A stretch of 62,247 bases of DNA, counting the filler. It is 4 parts of 4 records of this genome, joined end to end, with 100 filler letters (N's around TTAATTAATTAA, not from the genome) between each part and the next. Parts side by side here need not be neighbours in the genome. Positions count along the whole stretch, not along the records: positions 25,416 to 47,864 come from DRR723986_7202; 3 more parts are not named here. One strand, given 5' to 3'. This document shows positions 32,703-41,321 of the stretch, piece by piece. The position numbers and the translations under genes were made by a program. The notes under the pieces were generated by a model. It ran no database searches. It had not been told where the DNA came from and saw nothing but the letters and a program-made list of their open reading frames with translations. Numbering within the stretch: the stretch's first letter is position 1; every line of letters begins with the position of its first letter.

Positions 32703-34700
32703 TTGCGGGCGATCCTATCATTCCTTTTGGTCTGTGCGACCCTGCTTTTCACCACCCTGCCCGGAGGTGCGCAAAGCCTGCCGGTGATGGAGGTCGATCC
32801 GGCCTATTCCTCGCCCAATATCGCGCCTGCCATGCGCTTTGCCCGCGATGTGGGGCAGCCCATTGCCGATATCGTCACCGCCTATATGGACGGCGCGCTG
32901 AGCGGCGACTTTGAGGCCGTCACCGCCCCTGCCGCCCCCTATCAGCCGATTTGGGCGCTGACCGAACTGCTCAACATCGCGCCCGATGAAGGCCGCCCGC
33001 CGGACACCTGGATTCTGGCGTCGGACACCCACGGCCTGGTAGCGCTGGACGTGTTCCTCGTGCGCGACGGCGGCGGGACCGAGCAATTGCTGGCCCATGA
33101 TATTCGTGACCCTTTTGATCCGTCAGATTTCAGCGCCACACGGCTGAGCAGCGCGCCGGTGGAACTTTCTGCCGGAGAACGGGCGCTTTTGATGGTGCGG
33201 ATGACTTATGGCGCAACGGATCTGGTGGATCTGAGCCTTGAGACCCCCGCCGACCATCAGGCCCGCACCTTCACCGATGGCATGAAGCTGGCGGGGTTCT
33301 ACGCCTTTCTGGCCTCCTGCATCCTGTTCTTCGCGGTCTTCAGCGCCACCATGCGCAGCGACGTGGGTGCGGCCTATGCGGGGTTGTTGGCGCTCGGGCT
33401 GATCTTCATCGCTTATATCGACATTCTGCTGTTCCGCTTCCTCTACCCCACCCACCCGACATGGCACTTGCCGGTTGGACTGTGCCTGCTCTACGCGCTC
33501 TGCGCCGCGGGGTTTGCCACCGCCGCCCTGTCGCTGATCCGGTTCACGAAGAAGCCAAGGTTGCGACGGGCCATTCAGGGACTGGCCGTCTTCTCGATCA
33601 TCGGCATTGCGATGGTCTTCGTTCTGCCACCCGAGGTCATGGCGCCGGCCTCCTACATCCTCTTGGTTCTGATGCTGGGGTCGCATCTCTTGGCGGGATT
33701 TCAATGGGACATGATCACCGGCGCACGCAGGCCGGTCTTTCGCGTTGTGGTTCTTGTGGCCTTCGTCGGGCTTGGCCTGCTGATCGCGCTGGCGCTGGCA
33801 CGGCTTGGATCTGTCGACATTCCGATGAGTTGGGCCATCAAGGCGATTTACGCCGTCATCGCCTTTGGCACCATGTCGGGCCTGTCCGTGGGGCTGATCG
33901 ACTTGCGCCGGGAACATGCCACGGCATTGGAACGGGAAATGGTGGCCCTTCAGAAAGAGGCGGAAACCACCCGCGAATTGCTGGAAGCCGAACGCAATTA
34001 CACCCATGCCCGCGATCTGGCAGACCGGCGGCGGCAGCAACTGGCGACCATGTCCCACGACATAAGGCAACCGTTGGCTTCCCTGCGCATGACGATGGAG
34101 ACCATGACCCGCGACCAGTCTCCGGACATCCGCGAGCGTCTGTCAGAGGCGTTCGACTACATGCACGATCTGGCGCTCGGTCAGTTGGAGGACAGCCGCC
34201 CCGATGACCCGCCCGACACCGCGTCGCCACCGCCGCCGCCAGAGACCGACACAGAGCCCTACGCCCTGTCGCTGATCCTGAACACCGTGGCGCAAATGTT
34301 CCGCGAAGAGGCCGTGTCCAAGGGGGTGCGTCTGCGTGTCGTGGCCTCTTCCCTGCCTGTCACCGTGCCACCGCTGATCCTGATGCGGATCGTGTCAAAC
34401 CTCGTGTCCAACGCGGTGAAATACACCACCGAAGGCGCGGTTCTGGCGGGGGTTCGGCGCAAGCTGGACGGGGCCAGCATCGACGTACTGGACACCGGCA
34501 CAGGCATGACGGCCGAAGAATTGGAGAGCTTCCAGCAGGCTTGGTCCCAAGGCGAGACCAGCAGCGGCCACGGGCTTGGCCTGTCGATCTGTTACGAGCT
34601 GGCCGCGCAACACGGGCTGGACCTGACGGTCGCCTCCTCCCCCGGAATGGGCACGGTTTTTTCGCTACGGATTCCCGCGTCCTGCGTGGTAAAAGGATAG
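32703..34700 (+). CDS. 7TM-DISM sensor histidine kinase
   Basis: Signal peptide, periplasmic DISMED2-like domain and 7 TM helices; H-box SHDIRQPL, N-box NLVSNAVKYT, DTGTGM, GHGLGL. Confidence 0.9.
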   Translation: MRAILSFLLVCATLLFTTLPGGAQSLPVMEVDPAYSSPNIAPAMRFARDVGQPIADIVTAYMDGALSGDFEAVTAPAAPYQPIWALTELLNIAPDEGRPPDTWILASDTHGLVALDVFLVRDGGGTEQLLAHDIRDPFDPSDFSATRLSSAPVELSAGERALLMVRMTYGATDLVDLSLETPADHQARTFTDGMKLAGFYAFLASCILFFAVFSATMRSDVGAAYAGLLALGLIFIAYIDILLFRFLYPTHPTWHLPVGLCLLYALCAAGFATAALSLIRFTKKPRLRRAIQGLAVFSIIGIAMVFVLPPEVMAPASYILLVLMLGSHLLAGFQWDMITGARRPVFRVVVLVAFVGLGLLIALALARLGSVDIPMSWAIKAIYAVIAFGTMSGLSVGLIDLRREHATALEREMVALQKEAETTRELLEAERNYTHARDLADRRRQQLATMSHDIRQPLASLRMTMETMTRDQSPDIRERLSEAFDYMHDLALGQLEDSRPDDPPDTASPPPPPETDTEPYALSLILNTVAQMFREEAVSKGVRLRVVASSLPVTVPPLILMRIVSNLVSNAVKYTTEGAVLAGVRRKLDGASIDVLDTGTGMTAEELESFQQAWSQGETSSGHGLGLSICYELAAQHGLDLTVASSPGMGTVFSLRIPASCVVKG

Positions 34701-34702
34701 CC

Positions 34703-35029
34703 ATGATGCGATTTCTGGTTCTGCTTTTCGTGCTGTTTCTCCCGCTCGCGGCCACGGCCCAAACCGAGGTAGATGGCGTTGGCCCCGTGACCGAGGGAGA
34801 GGTTGATGCCTTCGTCGTGGCAGATGAAAACCGCGACGGGATGCTCAGCTTTCCGGAGTTCCGCGAGTTTGTCCGCCAGATGGCGCGCAGCGGCCAGCCC
34901 ACGGCCCGGCTGATCCGCAACTTTGCCGCCTATCGCATTGCCTTTCGCCGCGTGGATCTGAACGAGGATGGCTTTGCCAGCCCCGCCGAACTGCGTAGCG
35001 CCGACGACGACTTTCGCGAAAACGGCTAG
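34703..35029 (+). CDS. Secreted two-EF-hand protein
   Basis: Signal peptide (..AATA|Q); EF loops DENRDGMLSFPE and DLNEDGFASPAE; starts 2 nt after the kinase stop. Confidence 0.85.
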   Translation: MMRFLVLLFVLFLPLAATAQTEVDGVGPVTEGEVDAFVVADENRDGMLSFPEFREFVRQMARSGQPTARLIRNFAAYRIAFRRVDLNEDGFASPAELRSADDDFRENG

Positions 35030-35042
35030 GTCTCCTGCCTGA

Positions 35043-35060
35043 TTGAGGTGTTCACCCCAT
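35043..35060. promoter_or_regulatory. 18-bp palindromic operator, copy 1 (TTGAGG-TGTTCA-CCCCAT)
   Basis: One of three copies; 67 nt upstream of ATG 35128. Confidence 0.65.
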
Positions 35061-35127
35061 GCCCCGGTGGGCAAGGGGCCCCCGTATCTGTGATCCCAGC
35101 TTCATCATGAAACAGGGACAGCCAATC

Positions 35128-35262
35128 ATGAACCGCCTTCTTCCCCTTACCGTCGCACTTGCCATTGCCGTGCTGCTGCCCGTCACCGCCGCCGTGACGC
35201 TTGCCGTGACCACGCCCGCTTCGGCGCTGGCCTTCGAGATCAGCGAAACACGGTCCAAATAG
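35128..35262 (+). CDS. 44-aa small hydrophobic/secreted peptide
   Basis: MNRLLPLTVALAIAVLLPVTAAVTLAVTTPASALAFEISETRSK; AGGGA RBS; GC-rich third codon positions; operator upstream. Confidence 0.55.
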   Translation: MNRLLPLTVALAIAVLLPVTAAVTLAVTTPASALAFEISETRSK

Positions 35263-35273
35263 GCAGCGTGCAA

Positions 35274-35291
35274 TTGGGGGATCGCCCTCAT
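35274..35291. promoter_or_regulatory. 18-bp palindromic operator, copy 2 (TTGGGG-GATCGC-CCTCAT)
   Basis: 64 nt upstream of ATG 35356; -10-like TACTTT lies 22 nt downstream. Confidence 0.72.
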
Positions 35292-35355
35292 CCAACGCTC
35301 CCGATGCGTCCACTACTTTCAGGTCAGACACCGCCCCAACCCGAAAGGCCCGACC

Positions 35356-35646
35356 ATGACGAGACTTATCCTTGCCGCCCTGCTGGCCCTGTCTGCCGGT
35401 TCGGCATTTGCCCAAACCGCTACCGCGCCGAACAACTATGTCGCCAATCCCGGCATTCCCATTGCCGATACCGGCCCGCGCTATTGCCCTGAACTGGCGG
35501 GCACGGAGCACCCGTTTCGAATTCGCTGCCCGTCCTGGCCTGACTACAGCAACGTCGCCATTGGAGCCCCTATCGGAATCCGTACCGGACAGGGCGTGGC
35601 GGGCGACAATCCCGGCGTTCAAATCGAGGAGGACAATCACGACTGA
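35356..35646 (+). CDS. Small secreted hypothetical protein (96 aa, two Cys)
   Basis: Clear Sec signal MTRLILAALLALSAGSAFA|Q; GAAAGG RBS; followed by its own terminator. Confidence 0.75.
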   Translation: MTRLILAALLALSAGSAFAQTATAPNNYVANPGIPIADTGPRYCPELAGTEHPFRIRCPSWPDYSNVAIGAPIGIRTGQGVAGDNPGVQIEEDNHD

Positions 35647-35673
35647 CCCAACCAAGCGCATTCGCGTCATGCA

Positions 35674-35703
35674 GCCCCGTCAGTGCTTCGCTGGCGGGGT
35701 TTT
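35674..35703 (+). terminator. Rho-independent terminator
   Basis: GCCCCGTCAG-tgcttcg-CTGGCGGGGT-TTT. Confidence 0.65.
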
Positions 35704-35723
35704 CCTTGGTCGTTCCTGCCCCA

Positions 35724-35741
35724 TTGGGGGATCGACCCCAT
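35724..35741. promoter_or_regulatory. 18-bp palindromic operator, copy 3 (TTGGGG-GATCGA-CCCCAT)
   Basis: 64 nt upstream of ATG 35806; -10-like TAGCCT lies 22 nt downstream. Confidence 0.72.
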
Positions 35742-35805
35742 CCGGCACGCGGCCCGAACGGGCTAGCCTGACAACAGCGTTTTCCCCAACCGAAAAGGCC
35801 CCAAG

Positions 35806-36174
35806 ATGCCCCGCCTGTCCCGCCGCCAGATCCTTTGCCTGCCCGCCCTTTTGTGGGCGTTGCCAGCACAGGCCGATCTTTTCCAGTCGCAATTGGCGAC
35901 CCGAACCGCTCAGGCGGCGCAGGCCGGGGTCACGCCGGGCACCTATCTGGGGCAATGGTCCGATGGCCGCGCGCTGCGCAACAGTGTCCGCGTGATCGGC
36001 CCCGACATGATCACCCTGCAACGGCAAGGCTATTCCACCCCGCCGGTGCCCTATCACCGCATTGCGCAGGACCGGTTCCAAAGCGGCAATGGAAACAGCC
36101 TGACGGTGATCACCGCGACGCGCCTGCGCTGGACCAATGCAGGCGGAACATCCGTAATCTACGAGCTGGAGTGA
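35806..36174 (+). CDS. Small exported hypothetical protein (Tat-like signal, beta-rich)
   Basis: MPRLSRRQIL...ALPAQA|D; AAAAGG RBS. Confidence 0.75.
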   Translation: MPRLSRRQILCLPALLWALPAQADLFQSQLATRTAQAAQAGVTPGTYLGQWSDGRALRNSVRVIGPDMITLQRQGYSTPPVPYHRIAQDRFQSGNGNSLTVITATRLRWTNAGGTSVIYELE

Positions 36175-36181
36175 AGCGCCG

Positions 36182-37201
36182 TTAGCCCTCGGCCCTGATT
36201 GCCCTGTCCAGCATCAGCCGAAACGCCTTCGCCCCGGCATCGAGCCCAAGGTCGATATGCGGCGTCACGAGCGCTTTCATACCCTTGTGCACCTCTTCCA
36301 GCACATCCTTGTCTTCCAGGAACGCCATCCGTGCGCCGTTGTTCATATATTCGGAAATCGCCTGATCCCCGGCATGATCATTGCGGTGCTGGAACCAGAA
36401 ATAGCGGGTCCGGTCCTCATCTATCGGGGTCATGAAATTGTAAGAGATATTGACGAAGGTTTCGTCCACCTGCGGTCTGTCATAGCCCCCTGTTCCAACG
36501 GGCGTGTAGATGGATTTGTTCACGCCGATGGCGGGCATGCACATCTCGTAATGTTGCAGCCGGTCGCAATCCCCTTCGAACCGCACCAGCTTGGAATAGT
36601 AGGGCGAGGGTGGTTTGTTCTCGATCCAGCGGGACACGACGACGCCATTGTCGTGGCGGTCGATATTCAACGGCTCGTGATCCGTACCCGCCCCGGCAAA
36701 GGAGCTGACATGCACCCAGGCAACGTGGCTTGGATCCAGCAGGTTGTCGCAGACCCACAGGTAATGACAGTCGATATCCATGACCCCGCCATCAGTCTTG
36801 CCCCAAGTGGGATCATCGAAATTGGGGATGTCGAATATGGTGTCGGGGTCGGCCAGATCCGGGTCGCCCATCCAGATCCAAAGGAAACGATACCGGTCGA
36901 TCACCGGATAAGACTTCACCACCGCCCGGCGCGGGGTCATGCCGCGCTGTGTGGGACTGTCGGTGCATGTGCCGGTGCAATCGAAGGTCAGCCCGTGATA
37001 GCCGCATTCCACCGTGTCACCGATCAGGTTGCCCTTGGACAGGGGCAGCTTGCGATGCGGGCAGGCATTTTCCAGCGCCACCGGCGTGCCGTCTTCCTTG
37101 CGATAAAACACGATGCGTTCCCCAAGCAGGGTTTCCGCCTTCAATTCCCGACCGACATCGGTGCTCCATGCGGCGACATACCAGCAGTTTCTCAGATACA
37201 T
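36182..37201 (-). CDS. Rieske non-heme iron oxygenase, VanA-like (O/N-demethylase class)
   Basis: MYLRNCWYVAAW; Rieske motif CPHR...CGYHG; mononuclear Fe motif DNLLDPSHVAWVH; 'FLEDKDVLE'. Start ATG 37201 preceded by a GAAGGA RBS. Confidence 0.92.
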   Translation of the reverse strand: MYLRNCWYVAAWSTDVGRELKAETLLGERIVFYRKEDGTPVALENACPHRKLPLSKGNLIGDTVECGYHGLTFDCTGTCTDSPTQRGMTPRRAVVKSYPVIDRYRFLWIWMGDPDLADPDTIFDIPNFDDPTWGKTDGGVMDIDCHYLWVCDNLLDPSHVAWVHVSSFAGAGTDHEPLNIDRHDNGVVVSRWIENKPPSPYYSKLVRFEGDCDRLQHYEMCMPAIGVNKSIYTPVGTGGYDRPQVDETFVNISYNFMTPIDEDRTRYFWFQHRNDHAGDQAISEYMNNGARMAFLEDKDVLEEVHKGMKALVTPHIDLGLDAGAKAFRLMLDRAIRAEG

Positions 37202-37294
37202 TGGGCGGCGTCCTTCTTTCGGTGGCTGCGGTCCATCCTGCCGCAAGCGCAGGGCGCACACCATGGGGTAGATGTTATGCCCCCATTAGGCAGG

Positions 37295-38233
37295 CTAATC
37301 CGTTGGCAAGACCGCGCCCGGCAGGTCCGGCTCTGACGCGACCTCAGACCGGATCCAGGACATGAAGCTTTGCACCTTGGTGCTGTCCATCCGGTCGTGA
37401 CGCAGCACCAGCCAGTAGGACAGCGGCGACTGGGTGATCTCGGGGAAAGGGCGCACAAGCCGCCCGTCCAGCAGCGCGTCGATCACCAGGGGTTTCCGCC
37501 CGAGCGCCACACCGATCCCCTGAATCGCCGCCTGCACAACAAGGTTCGACTGCCCGAACCGGCGCGATTTCGCGGGCTTCGGCAGGGTCAGACCACAGTT
37601 GCGCGCCCAGAAATCCCATGTGGGGGCGGCGTTCCCAAAGCTCTCGTTTTCATCATGCAACAGGGTGTGACTGGCAAGATCCTCCAGCCGATGCAAACCC
37701 GGATGCCCCTGTATCAGCGAGGGCGCGCAGACTGGCGTCAGGCTTTCATGCATAAGATGTTCCACATGAAATCCAGGGTAATCGCCAAGCCCGTAACGAA
37801 TGCCGATATCAGCGTCAGCGGCGGAAAACGGGTGCTGGCCGGTATCGGTCGCGATGGACACGGCCAGATGCGGATGCGCGGTGTCGAAGTTGAGCAGCCG
37901 GGGAAAGAGCCACGTAAAGGCAAACCCCGGCAAGCAACTGATAACAATGGTATTTTCCGAGCGGGTTCGGTCACGCAACTGCGCGCAGACATCAGAGATA
38001 CGCCCCAACCCGTCAGAGATCGCGCGCGCCAGCTGATCCCCCTCTCGGGTCGGTTCCGATTTGCGTGCCCCCCGGACCAGCAGGTCCTGCCCCAACCATT
38101 CCTCCAACGCCTTCACATGCTGGCTGACCGCGCTTTGGCTGACCCCCAATTCCTGCGCGGCGGCAGAGAAGCCGGACAGGCGCACAACAGCCTCAAACGC
38201 GCGCAGGGCAGAGAAGGGAAGATTGATGATCAT
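37295..38233 (-). CDS. LysR-family regulator (GcvA-like)
   Basis: 'ALRAFEAVVRLSGFSAAAQELGVSQSAVSQHVKALEEWLG'; 'WLFPRL..F...HP'. Start ATG 38233. Confidence 0.93.
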   Translation of the reverse strand: MIINLPFSALRAFEAVVRLSGFSAAAQELGVSQSAVSQHVKALEEWLGQDLLVRGARKSEPTREGDQLARAISDGLGRISDVCAQLRDRTRSENTIVISCLPGFAFTWLFPRLLNFDTAHPHLAVSIATDTGQHPFSAADADIGIRYGLGDYPGFHVEHLMHESLTPVCAPSLIQGHPGLHRLEDLASHTLLHDENESFGNAAPTWDFWARNCGLTLPKPAKSRRFGQSNLVVQAAIQGIGVALGRKPLVIDALLDGRLVRPFPEITQSPLSYWLVLRHDRMDSTKVQSFMSWIRSEVASEPDLPGAVLPTD

Positions 38234-38248
38234 ATAAGTCAGCCTAAT
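38234..38248. promoter_or_regulatory. LysR recognition box (T-N11-A)
   Basis: ATAAG-tcagc-CTAAT directly abuts the LysR start codon in the divergent intergenic region. Confidence 0.6.
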
Positions 38249-38335
38249 GAAACCCATTACGGGAATCAAATAGCAGCAATCAACATTCGGGAAATAGACT
38301 GAACACAACACCCGTCAAGAAAAAGAGCCCGCAAA

Positions 38336-39421
38336 ATGCCGAACATGTCCCCGGAAAACGGTGCTTTGAACCTTTTGCAGAACTGCGCCCATGCCGCAGA
38401 GGGCGACAAGTTGCTAATCGCCTATGAACCCCCGGAATACGGTTATTTCGATGCCGATGCAGTGGGCGTGGTCAATCGAGCGGCCGAACGGCTTGGGTTG
38501 CAGGTCGATGCGGTCGATGTGGGGTTCAACCCTGACAATCCGCATTTGCCCGCCGACCTTCTGGACCGGTTCGAAGCCGCCGATATCATCCTGTTCCTCG
38601 CCCGGCTCGGTGATCAGCTTCGCTTCTCCGAGATGCCTCAGGGTAAGAAGATCATTGTCAGCTTTGCCCTGTCACGTGACCTGTTCGGGTCGGGTTTCGC
38701 CAATGGCCATCACGCAGCGTTTCTGGAACTGAAAGCAGCGGTCAACACGGCGCTCGACCGGGCCGAGCATGTCCGCATCACCTGCCCGCTTGGCACCGAC
38801 ATCACCGGACGCCCAGAAATGAACCTGACCGCCAGCGGCGACACGACGATCCTGCGGTTTCCGATGTCGGTTTTCACCCCGGTGCCCGCGCATAGCTTCT
38901 CTGGCCGCGCGGCGATGACCTTCCTGACCGGGACCGGATCGAAATACTACGACGACTACACGCCGGAATTCAGCGCACCTGTTATTGCCCTGATGGAAAA
39001 CGGTCGTTTGACTGGCTTCGAAGGGGCCCCCGGTGACGTCGCCCGCGCCAACGCCCAATATGATCGGGTCGCGGGGATGTTCGGAATTGACCGCAATTTC
39101 GTGCATTCTTGGCACGCGGGCATTCACCCCGGCTGCGGCTACCCGTGGGACATGCGCAAGAACTACGAACGGTGGGGCGGAGCGGCATTTGGCAACCCGC
39201 GCATCCTGCATTTCCACACCTGCGGCACCTACGCGCCGGGTGAAATCAGCTGGAACATCTTCGATCCCACGATCGAGCTGGATGGCGTTGCACTTTGGGA
39301 AGAGGGCGCGTTCCGGGCCGAACGGCTGCCCGGCGGATCGGAGATTCTGGCCCGCTACCCCTGCGCAGCAAAACTGTTTGACAGGCCAGACCGAGACATC
39401 GGCCTTCGGGCCGTTGGATGA
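38336..39421 (+). CDS. Uncharacterised protein, probable M29 aminopeptidase/NicX-like fold
   Basis: 'VRITCPLGTDI', 'ENGRLTGFEG' and 'PTIELDG' resemble the M29 scaffold; His-rich 'HSWHAGIHP' and 'LHFHTCG'. Confidence 0.6.
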   Translation: MPNMSPENGALNLLQNCAHAAEGDKLLIAYEPPEYGYFDADAVGVVNRAAERLGLQVDAVDVGFNPDNPHLPADLLDRFEAADIILFLARLGDQLRFSEMPQGKKIIVSFALSRDLFGSGFANGHHAAFLELKAAVNTALDRAEHVRITCPLGTDITGRPEMNLTASGDTTILRFPMSVFTPVPAHSFSGRAAMTFLTGTGSKYYDDYTPEFSAPVIALMENGRLTGFEGAPGDVARANAQYDRVAGMFGIDRNFVHSWHAGIHPGCGYPWDMRKNYERWGGAAFGNPRILHFHTCGTYAPGEISWNIFDPTIELDGVALWEEGAFRAERLPGGSEILARYPCAAKLFDRPDRDIGLRAVG

Positions 39422-39581
39422 GGGGCTTGATCTTACGGTCAGGCGCTCCATAATCCATCATTAATGGGGCCGGTATGGGTCGGCCCCATGGTGCGGAGCA
39501 CTCCCGTCTCCGGCGCCGGAATTGACCGAGATGGCGTCCGCAAAGGCCCCCGGCACCGGCAGAACTCATGGACCACCAACA

Positions 39582-40520
39582 ATGACACAAGGTATTGTCA
39601 CGCCCCTGACCCAGGCGCTTGCAGAGGGCAAGCTGACGAGGGAAGACCTCAAATCCTTCATGCAACGATCCGATGGCCCGGCCCTGCGGCGGCTGGTGCT
39701 ATGGGTGCTGGTATTGACGGGCACCACAACGCTGATTGCGCTGGCATGGAACAGCTGGCTGATCTGGCCCGCCATGTTCCTGCAAGGCATCGTGCTGGTG
39801 CATCACTTCTCTTTGCAACATGAATGCGTGCATTACACCGTGTTTCGCACCCGCACGCTGAATGACATCGTGGGCCAGGTTTGCGGACTGATCATCCTGC
39901 TGCCACATCGGTTTTTCCGGTACGAACATTGCGACCATCACACCTATACCCAACTGACCGGACAAGACCCTGAACAGATCCCGATGCCCAAGACCTACGG
40001 CGCATATCTGCTGTATCTATCCGCCATCCCCTACTGGAAGGCCAAGTTCACCGAGGTTGCACGCCACGCCAGCGGACGGCTGTCGGACGTTGAAAAGCGG
40101 TTCATCCCGAAAGAGGAATATACCTCTGTTTATTGGGACGCGCGCATGATGCTGGGTGTTTATGCAGTGATCTTCGCCGCCATGGCAATCACCGGCTGGT
40201 GGGGGCTGATCTGGTATTGGATCATTCCGCTGTTCCTGGGCGAGCCGGTGATGCGCTTTATCCGGATGACGGAACATGTGGGCCGCCCCACGGTCGCACA
40301 GATGAGCGACAATACGCGGACCAACCTTGTCTCCGCGCCGTGGCGGTTCCTGTGCTGGAACATGAACTATCACGCCGAACACCATTACGTGGCCTCGGTG
40401 CCCTATCACGCATTGCCACGCCTGCATGAAAAGCTGCGTGACCATATCCATGTGGAACCGCGCGGTTATCTGGGCGCGCATCTGGATATCCTGCGCCAGA
40501 TCCGAAAGGCGCAAGGATGA
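39582..40520 (+). CDS. Membrane di-iron fatty-acid-desaturase-like oxygenase (MocD-like)
   Basis: His boxes HECVH, HCDHH, EH and YHAEHH; TM helices; overlaps the ferredoxin start (ATGA). Confidence 0.88.
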   Translation: MTQGIVTPLTQALAEGKLTREDLKSFMQRSDGPALRRLVLWVLVLTGTTTLIALAWNSWLIWPAMFLQGIVLVHHFSLQHECVHYTVFRTRTLNDIVGQVCGLIILLPHRFFRYEHCDHHTYTQLTGQDPEQIPMPKTYGAYLLYLSAIPYWKAKFTEVARHASGRLSDVEKRFIPKEEYTSVYWDARMMLGVYAVIFAAMAITGWWGLIWYWIIPLFLGEPVMRFIRMTEHVGRPTVAQMSDNTRTNLVSAPWRFLCWNMNYHAEHHYVASVPYHALPRLHEKLRDHIHVEPRGYLGAHLDILRQIRKAQG

Positions 40521-40831
40521 GCGGCAAGGACTGGCGCGAAGTGATCGCGGTGGCGGACCTGGAGGAAAACTGGGTTACACGGGTCGAGGTCGGGCGGCGG
40601 CTGATCGCCATCTATGATACCCCGAGCGGGATCTATGCCTCGCTGGCGCTGTGCAACCATGGCGGGGCAGATCTGTGTGACGGGTATTTCGACGACCATG
40701 TCATCGAATGCCCCCTTCACCAAGGGGCGTTTGATGTGCGCGACGGGCGGCCAGTGGCCGCGCCTGCCACTCGTCCGATGCGGGTGCTGGAGGCGCGGGT
40801 GCAGAACGGCAAGGTGCAAGTCAAGATATGA
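40517..40831 (+). CDS. Rieske 2Fe-2S ferredoxin (MocE-like)
   Basis: CNH...CPLHQGAFD. Confidence 0.92.
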   Translation: MSGKDWREVIAVADLEENWVTRVEVGRRLIAIYDTPSGIYASLALCNHGGADLCDGYFDDHVIECPLHQGAFDVRDGRPVAAPATRPMRVLEARVQNGKVQVKI

Positions 40832-41318
40832 CGCGGCTCAGATAATCCGTCACCATCGGCCCAAAGCTCTGCTCGACAGCCAGATCGAACCCGCCCTCGC
40901 AACGGGTGACGAGCGCCTTGAGGCCGAACGCTTCCGTGAAACTGACGGCTTCCGGGCCAAAGCGGCTGGCGTGCAGGTCCATTGGGCAGGCCACAGCCAT
41001 GACCTCCCCCGCATCAGGGCCGGTAATGCGGAAAAAAGCCATCGTGTCTGAAACCCTGACGATCGAGACGTCTGGCGGGGCCTCGGCGGGGCGAAGCGCG
41101 GTTTCCAGCGCAACTTCCGTCGTCAGGTCCGCGCGTAAGATCCAGTGGTCGGACCCGATGAACATCAGGTCCATACCCCCTGCCCCGGCCTTGGAATTCG
41201 GTTTTTCCGGAAAAGGCGGCAGCGCCTCCCCCGCCCAGTTCAAAAGCGCCTCGGGTGGGCCTTTCAGGTCGTAAAGCGCCTGCGTTTCCAGCCGGGTAAA
41301 GGTCACATCATAGGGCAT
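40821..41318 (-). CDS. soxG: Sarcosine oxidase-family gamma subunit
   Basis: 'IGSDHWIL', 'VSD....FRITGP.A..VMA.ACPMDL', 'QSFG'; last gene of the BDAG order. Confidence 0.85.
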   Translation of the reverse strand: MPYDVTFTRLETQALYDLKGPPEALLNWAGEALPPFPEKPNSKAGAGGMDLMFIGSDHWILRADLTTEVALETALRPAEAPPDVSIVRVSDTMAFFRITGPDAGEVMAVACPMDLHASRFGPEAVSFTEAFGLKALVTRCEGGFDLAVEQSFGPMVTDYLSRVIS

Positions 41319-41321
41319 CGC

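Noticed and set aside
35128-35646. The 44-aa ORF and the 96-aa ORF are in frame across a single TAG, suggesting read-through or pyrrolysine
   Set aside because: The intervening 93 nt contain operator copy 2, a -10 element and an RBS, and the second ORF has its own signal peptide. Frame coincidence is a sufficient explanation.
35043-35741. Spaced palindromic repeats as a CRISPR array or integron attC sites
   Set aside because: The repeats are only 18 bp and degenerate, spacing is 231 and 450 nt, there is no cas or integrase gene and no attC core sites. The fixed distance to start codons fits operators.
37263-39489. ATGGGG...CCCCAT inverted repeats at ~37263-37286 and 39464-39489 as extra copies of the 18-bp operator
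   Set aside because: The spacers are 12 and 14 nt rather than 6, and the second forms a 9-bp stem. They are more likely RNA hairpins or unrelated sites.
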